64,000 bases of DNA from Candidatus Doudnabacteria bacterium (GTDB lineage: Bacteria; Patescibacteriota; Doudnabacteria; UBA920; O2-02-FULL-48-8). A program made the position numbers and the translations under genes. The notes under the pieces were generated by a model. It saw only the letters and a list, made by a program, of their open reading frames with translations. It searched no databases and had not been told where the DNA came from. Position 1 is the first letter of the stretch; each line of letters begins with the position of its first letter. Shown one piece after another: positions 18,352 to 27,749 of this stretch. The DNA is taken from positions 824,235-888,234 of the forward strand of contig JBBCGO010000001.1 in NCBI GenBank assembly GCA_037200925.1, read 5' to 3'.

Positions 18352-18864
18352 ATGCAAAAGATCTCTCCATTTTTGTGGTTTGACAATAATGCCGAAGAGG
18401 CAATGAAGTATTATGTTTCGGTTTTCGCGGGAAATCCTGCCAAGAAAGCCGAATCGAAAGTCGTAACCATCCAGCGCTATCCGGACGGACCGCTGGAAGG
18501 CCCGATGAAGGGCATGGAAGGAAAAGTTCTGACCGAAGTGTTTGATCTGGAAGGACAACAGCTCATGGCCCTGGACGGCGGGCCGCACTTTAAATTCACT
18601 GAAGCCATCTCCATGTTGGTGGACGTTGAAAATCAGGAAGAGCTTGATTATTTTTGGGACAAACTTTCGGCAGTTCCGCAAGCGGAACAATGCGGCTGGT
18701 GCAAGGACAAATTCGGCCTGTCCTGGCAGATCGCGCCCATGGCTTTAATGGGGCAAATGATGGGGGATAAGGACCGCGCAAAAGGCGGCAGGGTCATGCA
18801 GGCCATGCTGAAGATGAAAAAAATTGACATCGCTGAATTGCAGAGAGCTTACGAACAAGCATAA
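18352..18864 (+). CDS. VOC-family protein, PhnB-like (3-demethylubiquinone-9 3-methyltransferase domain)
   Basis: The N-terminus KISPFLWFDNNAEEAMKYYVSVF is typical of PhnB-like proteins. Confidence 0.7.
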   Translation: MQKISPFLWFDNNAEEAMKYYVSVFAGNPAKKAESKVVTIQRYPDGPLEGPMKGMEGKVLTEVFDLEGQQLMALDGGPHFKFTEAISMLVDVENQEELDYFWDKLSAVPQAEQCGWCKDKFGLSWQIAPMALMGQMMGDKDRAKGGRVMQAMLKMKKIDIAELQRAYEQA

Positions 18865-18884
18865 AATAGCCGCAAAATAGGCTC

Positions 18885-18918
18885 AAAAAACACTACTTTG
18901 GACTAGTGTTTTTTGTTA
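18885..18918 (+). terminator. Rho-independent terminator
   Basis: AAAAAACACTActttggacTAGTGTTTTTTG. Confidence 0.5.
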
Positions 18919-18954
18919 TACTTTAATATCTATTAAGATCCAAAAAGGATAGTA

Positions 18955-18983
18955 TTGACAAAATTGCTTTTCTATGCTATACT
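18955..18983 (+). promoter_or_regulatory. Sigma-70-like promoter TTGACA-17-TATACT
   Basis: Consensus -35, a 17-nt spacer and a near-consensus -10, ~30 nt upstream of the ATG at 19015. Confidence 0.4.
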
Positions 18984-19014
18984 TATATATTACAAATAAG
19001 GGCTAATAAACTCT

Positions 19015-19716
19015 ATGAAAATACGATATATATACATTGCATTGGTTCTAATAGCTGCAATAGTTGTGATCGTATTCAGTATGTCGAATTTTAAGCTTTC
19101 TACCCAGTCAGCCCAGGCAGTTTTCCAAAACATATCGCCTGCTTCTTCAGGTTCTGTTCGCGGTCTCAACCCTAGCGTTGCGTTAGGTCAGATTGCCGGC
19201 GCCTCAATTATTGCCCCTCAATTATCCATGCCGATATCAGCAGGCTTAAGCCGCGTTACCAAAAAACCATACGGGCTGTTTGTCACTCCGCAAACTTCTC
19301 CTGTACCCGATGATATTTTTACCGGATACCATACGGGAATTGATTTTGAAACTACTCCTGCTGAACAAAATACGGATGTAACCATTACAGCGGCCTGTGA
19401 CGGAACGGTATTGCTGAAAGAATGGGCAACCGGTTACGGCGGAGTTTTTGTGCAGAGCTGCAAGCTTGACGGCCAAGACGTGACGGTGATTTACGGCCAT
19501 TTAAATCTTGACAGCATTACTCCCATAGTCGGACAAACCATTACAGCCGGAGATAAGATCGGGAATTTGGGCCAGGGCTTTACGCACGAGACTGACGGCC
19601 GCCGCATGCATCTTCACTTTGACATTCACAAAGGTACTGAAATAAATATTCTCGGTTACGTTCCAAATCAAAGCGATCTTACTAACTGGCTTGACCCGAT
19701 GAAATATTTGCAGTAA
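19015..19716 (+). CDS. M23-family (LytM-like) metallopeptidase
   Basis: HTGIDF, YGHLNL and HLHFDIHKG motifs. N-terminal TM anchor. Confidence 0.8.
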   Translation: MKIRYIYIALVLIAAIVVIVFSMSNFKLSTQSAQAVFQNISPASSGSVRGLNPSVALGQIAGASIIAPQLSMPISAGLSRVTKKPYGLFVTPQTSPVPDDIFTGYHTGIDFETTPAEQNTDVTITAACDGTVLLKEWATGYGGVFVQSCKLDGQDVTVIYGHLNLDSITPIVGQTITAGDKIGNLGQGFTHETDGRRMHLHFDIHKGTEINILGYVPNQSDLTNWLDPMKYLQ

Positions 19717-19724
19717 CTTAAATC

Positions 19725-19751
19725 TTCCCGCTCATGAGCGGGAATTTTTTT
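19725..19751 (+). terminator. Rho-independent terminator
   Basis: TTCCCGCTCATGAGCGGGAA followed by TTTTTTT. Confidence 0.6.
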
Positions 19752-19821
19752 GACTTTCGTTAGCCAATATTTTATAATTAATAACATAATCTTCTAAAAC
19801 GGAAACCAAAAAGGATGTTCA

Positions 19822-22353
19822 ATGAACTTCGTTAAAAAAATATTTTTTGTTCTTGCGATCATTTCTTTTTTTGTAATGCCCAAGGCCATTTCACTGGCTC
19901 AGACGGCATCACCTCTGCTGCCGGCCGGCACGCTTGTCCAAGCAACGGGGGACATTACCGTCTACTATATAGAGAATAACGGGAAGCGGCCGATAGACTC
20001 GTTCGAGACTTTCCGGATGCAGGGATTTCATGCGCCGATCATTGCTGTTTCTCCCGCTGACTTAGCGCTTTATCCTACAGGAGATATCATCACCAAAGAT
20101 TCAACAATCGAAGTTCCCGGTCAATCACAGGTAGTGCCGGACCTGGTGCCATTTGCTCCGAGTGACCTTCAGCTGACACGCCGCAACGGCCGACTGCTGG
20201 TCCTTTTTACGACTTCGTTCTGGAACAGGGGGATGGGCCCTTTGGAACTTGACGCGACCTCATCCAAACCCGTGGCGGACAATACTTACGAAACCGCCCA
20301 GCATATTGTTTTGCCGGATGGATCGGTCCGCAACAAAGTAGTGGGTGATTTTTTCTGGGACGCGCCCCATAAGCATTTTCATTATAATGATTTTGCCTCT
20401 TACATCTTAGCGCCCATGGTCACGTCGCAGGGGCAGGCTCCGACCTTTGTGACGCCGCCCACGAGTACGGTTGTGCCGCCGCCGGCGATCTGGACGCCCG
20501 GGCTGACGCCGTCATTGCCCAAGGGAGCTGTGCTTGGGACGTCCACTGTAGCTCCGCAAGTTCTGAATAAATCCACTTTCTGCCTTTATGAAAATCAGCA
20601 TATCCTGCTGCCGACAGAAGGGGTCAGCAAACCCACGAAATCATACACGATCTGCGGAAGGTTCAAGCAGGGGGTTTCCGTAGGATGGGCGGATGTCTAT
20701 CCGTATTTGCTGGTTGACCAGAATTTTGATGTTACCGATCTGCCGGCAGGAACTTATTCCATATCTTTCGTGGTTGACCCTCACCAGCATTTAATGGAAG
20801 GGTCTCGCGACAACAATATCGGCATGACCATCTTTGATCTGGATCCGGCAAACGGAACCATGAGCATTCTGGCTAGCGGCGCGCCTTTTGCTACGCCGCT
20901 TAATCATTATACGAACGGGATGCTGGTGCGAAGCGAGAGCGACCCGGCCATATTTGTAATGCAGAACAATAAAAAGCAACTGTTGTCAGGTCCGTCAACA
21001 GGTCAGGTCTTTATTTTGCCGCAGGGGGTTTTTGATGCCATCCCTTCCCTGAATCTGATCCAGGCAACGGGTTCGCCGACCATCTATATTCTGAACAATC
21101 AAGGTTTCCGGCGAGGGATCACAAGCATGAATGTTTTCAATTCCTACGGATTGAACCTTTCGGATGTAACTCAGATCAGCCAGGCCGATCTTGTCAATTA
21201 TCCCGAGTCCGACCTTATTGAAAAGCAGGGTGATAACACGGTGTACTCCATAAGCACACATCAATCCGTGGGCACAATCACATCCTTGCCCCAAGGCCTT
21301 GATCCGGCATCGGTTCATATCGTCAACCAAACGGATTTTGAATCGTACATGGTGGCTACGGCCGCCAGCGGCCTGTTCGTTCCGTGGGACATCGCTTTCA
21401 TGCCTAATGGAGATATGCTCGTGCCCGAGCGCTCAGGGGATGTACGCGAGATCGGCAAAAATCCGGGTATCATCACAGTTCCCGGCGTTTTCAGTACAGG
21501 TGAAGGGGGACTCATGGGTCTTACTCTGAGCCCGAAGTTTGCGTCGGACAATTTGATCTATCTTTATTTTACGTCCAACGATAATGGCCAGAAGAACCGG
21601 GTGGCCAGTTTTCAGCTGAACGGAAATCAGCTCAGCAACGAGAAAATTATCATAGATAATATCCCTTCCAGGATCTATCATGACGGCGGCAGGCTTGCCT
21701 TTGGCCCTGACGGCATGCTCTATATCACTACCGGTGATGCCACTTCTCCGAATTTAGCCCAGGATCTCAACTCCCTGGCCGGCAAGACGCTGCGCCTTAT
21801 GCCGGACGGACAGATCCCCGCGGATAATCCTTTCGGAACCGCGGTCTGGTCTTACGGCCACCGCAACAGCGAGGGGATAGCCTGGGACAATCTGGGTCGG
21901 ATGTGGGAAACGGAACACGGGCCGACGCAGGGAGAGCCGGCGGAAAGAGGCCTGTGCTGCCGCGACGAAATAAATCTTATAGAGAAAGGCAAAAATTACG
22001 GCTGGCCGACGATCCAGGGAGATGAAACTAAAGCCGGCATGGTCGCGCCTATGCTCACTTCAGGAGCAAGCACGACATGGGCGCCGGCAGGAATCGCCTT
22101 TGCGGACAAAAGTTTGTACTTTGCCGGGTTAAAAGGCTCCAGCCTGTATCAGATAAGATTTAATGCCGACGGAAGTTACAAAGACCTGACCGCGCATTTT
22201 ACCGGACAATTCGGGCGCCTGCGCGCAGTGGTCCTGGGGCCTGACGGTTCATTGTACCTGAGCACATCAAACAGGGACGGCCGCGGAACTCCTCAATCAG
22301 GAGACGACAAGATCATACGGGTGTATCCGGGATTTCTTCAGAGCACACAGTAA
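19822..22353 (+). CDS. Secreted fusion protein: lysyl-oxidase-like copper amine oxidase domain (N-terminal) plus PQQ-dependent sugar (glucose/sorbosone) dehydrogenase beta-propeller (C-terminal)
   Basis: The signal peptide is followed by VVPDLVPFAPSDLQL, FFWDAPHKHFHYNDFASY (compare LOX WEWHSCHQHYHSMEVFSHY), NKSTFCLYEN and GWADVYPYLLVDQNFDVTDLPAGTYSISFVVDP (compare LOX ...[25 protein letters not shown]). The C-terminal half carries GSDH motifs PWDIAF, GEGGLMGL, GPDGMLYITTGD, YGHRNSEGIAWD and KNYGWP. Confidence 0.7.
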   Translation: MNFVKKIFFVLAIISFFVMPKAISLAQTASPLLPAGTLVQATGDITVYYIENNGKRPIDSFETFRMQGFHAPIIAVSPADLALYPTGDIITKDSTIEVPGQSQVVPDLVPFAPSDLQLTRRNGRLLVLFTTSFWNRGMGPLELDATSSKPVADNTYETAQHIVLPDGSVRNKVVGDFFWDAPHKHFHYNDFASYILAPMVTSQGQAPTFVTPPTSTVVPPPAIWTPGLTPSLPKGAVLGTSTVAPQVLNKSTFCLYENQHILLPTEGVSKPTKSYTICGRFKQGVSVGWADVYPYLLVDQNFDVTDLPAGTYSISFVVDPHQHLMEGSRDNNIGMTIFDLDPANGTMSILASGAPFATPLNHYTNGMLVRSESDPAIFVMQNNKKQLLSGPSTGQVFILPQGVFDAIPSLNLIQATGSPTIYILNNQGFRRGITSMNVFNSYGLNLSDVTQISQADLVNYPESDLIEKQGDNTVYSISTHQSVGTITSLPQGLDPASVHIVNQTDFESYMVATAASGLFVPWDIAFMPNGDMLVPERSGDVREIGKNPGIITVPGVFSTGEGGLMGLTLSPKFASDNLIYLYFTSNDNGQKNRVASFQLNGNQLSNEKIIIDNIPSRIYHDGGRLAFGPDGMLYITTGDATSPNLAQDLNSLAGKTLRLMPDGQIPADNPFGTAVWSYGHRNSEGIAWDNLGRMWETEHGPTQGEPAERGLCCRDEINLIEKGKNYGWPTIQGDETKAGMVAPMLTSGASTTWAPAGIAFADKSLYFAGLKGSSLYQIRFNADGSYKDLTAHFTGQFGRLRAVVLGPDGSLYLSTSNRDGRGTPQSGDDKIIRVYPGFLQSTQ

Positions 22354-22427
22354 GTTTTTGCAATATGCGAAAAAATTGCTAATATACGTAATAAGCAATT
22401 AATAGGGATAATCGAAAGGACGAAATT

Positions 22428-23273
22428 ATGAATACAACAAAATGGCTGGGAGTAGCCGCAGCCGTTGTGGTTGTGTGTTTATTGGCATTCTGGTTGACGC
22501 GGCCGAAAAATTCAACTCCGACCGATCAGACTCAAACATCACAACAGCCGGCCCAAACGCCAACCCCAACACCAACACCAACGCCGCCCAACGGGACCGT
22601 AAAATTAAGTTCCAAGACCGCTTTGGGTAATTTTCTTGTCGACTCAAACGGCATGACCTTATATTATTTTGCTAACGACAAAATTAATACAAGCAATTGC
22701 GCGGCCGGGCCGTGTTTGGATTTTTGGCCGATATATTCCCAGAGCAATATTGCGGCGCAGCCTCCGCTTTTGCAAACAGATTTCGCCCAAATTACCCGCA
22801 GTGACGGGGTTAAACAAACAACGTATAAGGGCTGGCCTGTATACTATTTCATAAAAGACAAACAGCCGGGCGACACGCTCGGCATAGGCGTGATGAATAC
22901 CTGGTATTTGTTTCCTGATCCTTTTTACACTGTCATGGTGGAAAATCAGGACAGCGTCGGCGGCAATTATTTGATCGATCCCAAGGGCATGACTCTTTAT
23001 TCCTTTGCCAATGACAAGCAAGGCTCAGCAACCACATCTCCCGTAAGCAACTGCACGGGGAAATGCGTAACCACCTGGCCGGTTTTTTCCACCAGCAGCG
23101 TCATCGCTCCGTCATTGCTGAAGAACTCAGACTTTTCAACTTTCAAACGTTCGGACGGCGCAAATCAGCTGGCGTATAAAGGATGGCCGCTCTATTATTA
23201 CTCTTCCGACACCAAATCCGGGGACGTAATGGGCCAGAACTTCAACAAACTCTGGTTCGTGGTCAAGCCTTAG
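22428..23273 (+). CDS. Secreted or lipoprotein with two PF03640-type 'secreted repeat of unknown function' units and a Pro/Thr-rich linker
   Basis: YKGWPVYYFIKDKQPGDTLGIGVMNTWYLF and YKGWPLYYYSSDTKSGDVMGQNFNKLWFVV are duplicated. The signal-anchor is followed by TPTPTPTPTPP. Confidence 0.65.
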   Translation: MNTTKWLGVAAAVVVVCLLAFWLTRPKNSTPTDQTQTSQQPAQTPTPTPTPTPPNGTVKLSSKTALGNFLVDSNGMTLYYFANDKINTSNCAAGPCLDFWPIYSQSNIAAQPPLLQTDFAQITRSDGVKQTTYKGWPVYYFIKDKQPGDTLGIGVMNTWYLFPDPFYTVMVENQDSVGGNYLIDPKGMTLYSFANDKQGSATTSPVSNCTGKCVTTWPVFSTSSVIAPSLLKNSDFSTFKRSDGANQLAYKGWPLYYYSSDTKSGDVMGQNFNKLWFVVKP

Positions 23274-23281
23274 AGACCGGT

Positions 23282-23315
23282 AACAAAAAACCTGACATCA
23301 GTCAGGTTTTTTGTT
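23282..23315 (+). terminator. Rho-independent terminator
   Basis: AAAAAACCTGACatcaGTCAGGTTTTTTGTT. Confidence 0.6.
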
Positions 23316-23326
23316 ATTCTAAGCCC

Positions 23327-24628
23327 ATGGCAGATGCAGAAATTATAATTGTTGGAGCGGGAGCCGCGGGGCTCATGGCAGCGCGAGAATTATCAAAGTC
23401 CGGAAGACGGGTTCTGATTCTTGAAGCAAGGGACAGAATAGGCGGCAGGATCTGGCCGCTTTCTGAAAAAGAATTCGGATATCCGGCCCAAGGCGGAGCG
23501 GAGTTTGTGCATGGACCCGCGAAGGTGACCAAATCCTTGCTTGCTGAGGCTGGACTTACTTATGTATCCATGTCGGAAGATGGTGAAATGTGGAATGTGC
23601 GGGACGGCAAATTTGCAAAGAACAGTTCTGATCCCACAGAAAATGCCGTGTTCACGGCGCACCATAATTTGATGATAGAAAAGCTAAAGGCATTAACGGA
23701 AGATATTTCAATTTCTGATTTCCTTCGGAAAAATTTTGCAGAAGAAAAATATACCGCTTTACGCGCGTACATATCCAGAATGGTGGAAGGATTTGACGCG
23801 GCCGACCCTGATCACATCAGCACGTTTTCGGTTCGGGATGAATGGCTAGGCGCGGAGGAATGGGAGCAGGGGAGAGTTAAGGAGAGTTACAAGGCTGTTA
23901 TAGATTTTTTGGAATTGGAATGTAAAAAGCACGGTGTCGCAATACTTTTCAATCAGGAAGTTGTTTCGGTTGAAATGGACACACCCGGCATCAGTGTTAA
24001 AGTTAAGGATAATCAAGATTATCATGCACAAAAAGTAGTAATTACCGTCCCGTTGCCTATAATAAGCAAGCTCCGGTTTCAACCGGAATTGCCTGAAAAA
24101 CTTGAGGCCGCATCAAATATCGGTTTTGGCCAAGTGATAAAGTTACTGCTTCGGTTCAAAGACCAATGGTGGGTCCGTCAAACAGACCAGGATCTGAGCA
24201 AAATGTCATTTTTATTTTCTGACCAGGAAATGGGCACTTGGTGGACGCAATATCCTGATCCGCAACCTGTGCTGACAGGCTGGATCGCAGGGCCAAGAGC
24301 GCTGAAGTTTAAAGATAAATCATCTGAAGAGATATTTGAACTGGCGCTGAATTCGCTTGCAAATATTTTTAAAACAGATAAACAAAAGCTTAGACAACAA
24401 GTGGTCGCATCAAAAGTGATAAACTGGCCCAAAGATCCTTTCGCTTTAGGCGCTTACAGTTATTCCACCATTGAATCCGCCAAAGCGTACGCCGAGTTGC
24501 GGGAGCCTGTGAAAAATACAATTTACTTTGCCGGCGAGGCTGTGTATGCTGAAGAAGATACTGCAACAGTGGAAGGAGCTTTGGCCAGCGGCCTGGAAGC
24601 TGCGCAAAAGATCTTGGCATTAAATTAA
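23327..24628 (+). CDS. Flavin-containing amine oxidase-family oxidoreductase (start moved to the Met after the terminator)
   Basis: Rossmann fold IIIVGAGAAGLMAARELSKSGRRVLILEARDRIGGR. Amino_oxidase-like C-terminus YFAGEAV. Confidence 0.7.
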   Translation: MADAEIIIVGAGAAGLMAARELSKSGRRVLILEARDRIGGRIWPLSEKEFGYPAQGGAEFVHGPAKVTKSLLAEAGLTYVSMSEDGEMWNVRDGKFAKNSSDPTENAVFTAHHNLMIEKLKALTEDISISDFLRKNFAEEKYTALRAYISRMVEGFDAADPDHISTFSVRDEWLGAEEWEQGRVKESYKAVIDFLELECKKHGVAILFNQEVVSVEMDTPGISVKVKDNQDYHAQKVVITVPLPIISKLRFQPELPEKLEAASNIGFGQVIKLLLRFKDQWWVRQTDQDLSKMSFLFSDQEMGTWWTQYPDPQPVLTGWIAGPRALKFKDKSSEEIFELALNSLANIFKTDKQKLRQQVVASKVINWPKDPFALGAYSYSTIESAKAYAELREPVKNTIYFAGEAVYAEEDTATVEGALASGLEAAQKILALN

Positions 24629-24637
24629 GGAGAACCA

Positions 24638-25192
24638 ATGAGGAAGATAATTGTATTTAACATGGTCTCTGTTGACGGATACTTTGCCGGAGTTGACGGC
24701 AATATTGACTGGCATAATACGGATGCCGAATTCGGTAAATTTGCGGATGAGCAAACCGGTGAGTTTGGCGCTCTGATATTTGGGCGTGTCACTTATGATC
24801 TGATGGCCGGCTACTGGCCGAAGCAGGAGAGCGTCAAGGATGATCCGATAGTTGCGAATATTATGAATAGCTTGCCGAAGATCGTTTTTTCCAAATCTTT
24901 GGGTAAAGTTGAATGGAATAACTCCAAGCTTTATCATGATATTGATGCGGAAGAGGTGAAGAAGTGGAAACAAGAACCGGGCAAGGATATGGCCATATTC
25001 GGCAGCGGGACGATCGTTCAGGCTTTTGCCAAGCTCGGTTTGATAGACGAATATCGGCTCATGATAAATCCGATCATTTTGGGCAAAGGCAAACTGCTGT
25101 TCAAAGATGTTGACACTCTAAAATTGAAACTGATAAATACAAGAACGTTTGGTAACGGAAACATCCTGCTTGCTTACGAACCTGTAAAATAA
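24638..25192 (+). CDS. Dihydrofolate reductase-family protein (RibD C-terminal domain-like)
   Basis: IIVFNMVSVDGYFAG...IFGRVTYDLM...AIFGSGTIVQ...YRLMINPIILGKGKLLF. AAGGAG Shine-Dalgarno 8 nt upstream. Confidence 0.75.
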   Translation: MRKIIVFNMVSVDGYFAGVDGNIDWHNTDAEFGKFADEQTGEFGALIFGRVTYDLMAGYWPKQESVKDDPIVANIMNSLPKIVFSKSLGKVEWNNSKLYHDIDAEEVKKWKQEPGKDMAIFGSGTIVQAFAKLGLIDEYRLMINPIILGKGKLLFKDVDTLKLKLINTRTFGNGNILLAYEPVK

Positions 25193-25198
25193 TGGCAG

Positions 25199-25648
25199 TT
25201 AGCTGTTGTGTCTGAACCAGCCTAAAATGCCTGAAACTATCCGTTCAATTGCGCTTAAGGCCAGAAGCATTGAAATGACGAATGTGGGTGTTGGCCAAAA
25301 AATGTAAGCATAGACTATTGCCGCGGCGAGCCAAACTCCGGTGCACGAAGGGCAATAGATCAATAATCCGAAAGCCCTCAATGCTCCGGATCTTTTCGGT
25401 ATTTCCACCACTTTGCCGTTCTTTTCTGTTTCATCCACGAAAGGGGACCGCAGGGGTTTTGTGATCACTTCATTTGAAAGGATGTTCGCTGCTCTGTAAA
25501 CAGCCAGCCCCAATACCAAAAGTTTGAAAAAACCGATATTGCTTAAGGTTGAAAGTCTATTTCCGAAGTTGGCAATGAGAAAGATGTTCACCGCCACAAA
25601 TATCACCATATCCAGCGTCAGCCAGCCAAAAATTCGCTTGTTGTTCAT
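25199..25648 (-). CDS. DUF1360-family membrane protein
   Basis: The CPSCTGVWLAAAIV motif (compare DUF1360 CPxCxxxWVA). Start taken at the internal Met so it does not overlap the next gene. Confidence 0.5.
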   Translation of the reverse strand: MNNKRIFGWLTLDMVIFVAVNIFLIANFGNRLSTLSNIGFFKLLVLGLAVYRAANILSNEVITKPLRSPFVDETEKNGKVVEIPKRSGALRAFGLLIYCPSCTGVWLAAAIVYAYIFWPTPTFVISMLLALSAIERIVSGILGWFRHNS

Positions 25649-25667
25649 GAGGATATTATAACATTTT

Positions 25668-26000
25668 TTAATGATCGGGTTGAGCTTTAGCGTATTTTTC
25701 GTAAAGCAATTCCATAGCAAAGTATAAGATTCTGCTTATGGTATAGATTAAGTAACTCGATAATCCTAAAATAAACCAAGAGAATAAAATTGGAAATCCA
25801 AACCTGATCTGCCCGCTTTGAAACAAAAGAAAGATCAAAGTGAACCAATAAATAAAACAAAAACTGCAATGCAAAACTTTCATTAGAACCCAAGGGAGGG
25901 AATGGATAGTTTTGCCGAGTGTTGGAAAATCCTTTTGCAGGTTTTTCCAAATCATCCCAACGCTGGCAATGAATAAGCTATTTAGCAAAAGTTGGTGCAT
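25668..26000 (-). CDS. Small membrane protein, possible DUF1360 paralog
   Basis: LHCSFCFIYWF motif in a polytopic 110-aa ORF. Confidence 0.35.
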   Translation of the reverse strand: MHQLLLNSLFIASVGMIWKNLQKDFPTLGKTIHSLPWVLMKVLHCSFCFIYWFTLIFLLFQSGQIRFGFPILFSWFILGLSSYLIYTISRILYFAMELLYEKYAKAQPDH

Positions 26001-26050
26001 AATATTTAAAAAAGTGGCCCAAGATCACTTGATCTTAGGCCGAATGCAAA

Positions 26051-26458
26051 TCAGCAATCAGCCGATGCCAGTACGCCGTTCTGCAGATTGATCTGCTCTG
26101 TCGTGGTCATCTGCAGAGCTTCGCGCGACGGGCCGAGCACCGTGCTGCAGCAGTTGTACAACCCCATGGCAACGCCGAGCTTTTCTTCGCACACGCTGCG
26201 CGAGACATCACAGCCCACGAGACGGATCAACTGGCGGCCGAGAGGGGAGTCTGGCGGCGTTGTGGTCAGTTTGCGCTTGCTCGTCGCCAAGACTTCCGAG
26301 GCTTCCCGCTCCAGAAATGCAACACCCAGCGGCAGGTCGTGGCGGAAGGCGCTCCACAGCGCGGAGCGCAGAACGTCTTCGTGCGCGGTTTCCGGGTCGG
26401 TAAAGCCTTGTTCCAAAAGAACCGAACGGATTGAGGGATACGACACAGCTTCCTCCAT
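26051..26458 (-). CDS. Hypothetical protein in a GC-rich (~60%) island. Start taken at MEEAVSY
   Basis: ORF with a protein-like frame and a local GC well above the ~45% background. No motif recognised. Confidence 0.35.
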   Translation of the reverse strand: MEEAVSYPSIRSVLLEQGFTDPETAHEDVLRSALWSAFRHDLPLGVAFLEREASEVLATSKRKLTTTPPDSPLGRQLIRLVGCDVSRSVCEEKLGVAMGLYNCCSTVLGPSREALQMTTTEQINLQNGVLASADC

Positions 26459-26483
26459 TTCTAAATGCGACCAATTCGCATTT
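26459..26483. promoter_or_regulatory. Perfect 10-bp-arm palindrome (candidate operator) in the divergent intergenic region next to the Fur-family gene
   Basis: CTAAATGCGA-ccaat-TCGCATTTAG abuts the start codon of the minus-strand ORF and lies ~90 nt upstream of the Fur-family gene. Confidence 0.4.
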
Positions 26484-26572
26484 AGATAGAGTATACGAAG
26501 GCCTTTGATTACTGTCAAGTAAATGCAAATCATTCGCAATTGTAAAAGGCTATAATTTAAGTTATAATCTGA

Positions 26573-26992
26573 TTGATGATAAACAAGGATTATAAGCAGG
26601 TTTTACGGGCAGTCAAGCTGAAAGCCACTCCGGGACGCATCGAATTGCTGGCTTTTTTGACCAATACCTTGCAGCCATATTCCATCAAGGAAATTGGCAA
26701 GGCTGTGGGATCAAAGACCCTGGATCAAGCCACGATTTACCGCAACCTCGAGCATTTTAGGGAAGCGGGACTTGTGCGGCATATTGATTTTGGTGATGGA
26801 GTCGGCCGGTTTGAATTGAAAACCCATAACCACCATCATCATATTATTTGCACCAGCTGTCGGAAGGTGGAGGATATTCACGTCGAACGCGATGTCGGGC
26901 CGATCGAGCAAAAAATCCGCCGAAAAAAACATTTCACCGTGCATAGCCATTCTTTGGAATTTTTCGGCTTGTGCAAAGCCTGTGCGAAATAA
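26573..26992 (+). CDS. Fur-family transcriptional regulator (likely Zur, given the ZIP transporter downstream)
   Basis: ATPGRIELLAFL DNA-binding helix, HxH and two CxxC pairs (CTSC...CKAC). Confidence 0.8.
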   Translation: MMINKDYKQVLRAVKLKATPGRIELLAFLTNTLQPYSIKEIGKAVGSKTLDQATIYRNLEHFREAGLVRHIDFGDGVGRFELKTHNHHHHIICTSCRKVEDIHVERDVGPIEQKIRRKKHFTVHSHSLEFFGLCKACAK

Positions 26993-27006
26993 TTAACATA
27001 AATCAA

Positions 27007-27732
27007 ATGGAAGCGATCCTACTTTCAATAGCAACTTTTTTCTCCACATTGTTCGGCGGCCTGTTTGCGGTCAGGTTCCGCGACAAATTGCATCTGATCA
27101 TGGGCTTTACGGCCGGCGTCCTGCTCGGCGTGGTCAGCTTTGATATTTTTCCGGAGATCATAGAGCTGATAAAAGATAACAACCTTAAGACCATTGATGT
27201 CATGGTGGCCTTGGTCATCGGTTTTCTGCTGTTCCATATTTTGGAAAAATTCATAGCCCTGCATCATTCGCATGAAGGATTTTATGCTGACCACAAACAC
27301 CCGCACGTCGGAGTTTTTTCCGCGTTAGCTTTGGCCGGACACAGTTTTATGGACGGGGTGGGGATTGGCCTTGGATTCCAGGTCAATCCGGCAGTGGGCC
27401 TGCTTGTGGCTATCGCGGTCATTTCGCATGATTTTACCGACGGCATGAATACGGTGACGCTGATGCTGAACAGCAATAATACAACGCGGAAATCCAAAAT
27501 GTTCCTGCTGCTTGATTCCGTAACCCCGGTGCTGGGGGCTTTGTCCACGCTCTTGTTCAGGTTTTCGCCGCATTTTCTGGCCTTATACCTCGGTTTCTTT
27601 GCGGGCTTCCTCCTCTACATCGGCGCTTCCGATATTTTGCCTGAGGCGCACAGCAAGAACAGCTCTGCCAAGCTGATATTTCTTACCGTACTGGGAGTCG
27701 TGTTCATCTTCATAGTCACGCGTTTTGTCTAG
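27007..27732 (+). CDS. ZIP-family metal (zinc) transporter, ZupT-like
   Basis: HHSHEGFYADHKHPH His-rich loop, HSFMDGVGIG and ISHDFTDG ZIP signature helices. Confidence 0.8.
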   Translation: MEAILLSIATFFSTLFGGLFAVRFRDKLHLIMGFTAGVLLGVVSFDIFPEIIELIKDNNLKTIDVMVALVIGFLLFHILEKFIALHHSHEGFYADHKHPHVGVFSALALAGHSFMDGVGIGLGFQVNPAVGLLVAIAVISHDFTDGMNTVTLMLNSNNTTRKSKMFLLLDSVTPVLGALSTLLFRFSPHFLALYLGFFAGFLLYIGASDILPEAHSKNSSAKLIFLTVLGVVFIFIVTRFV

Positions 27733-27749
27733 TTTATTTATCTGATATA

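Noticed and set aside
23183-23326. Upstream extension of the amine-oxidase ORF to 23183
   Set aside because: The extension overlaps the preceding gene's 3' end and its rho-independent terminator (23282-23315). The Rossmann GxGxxG begins right after the Met at 23327.
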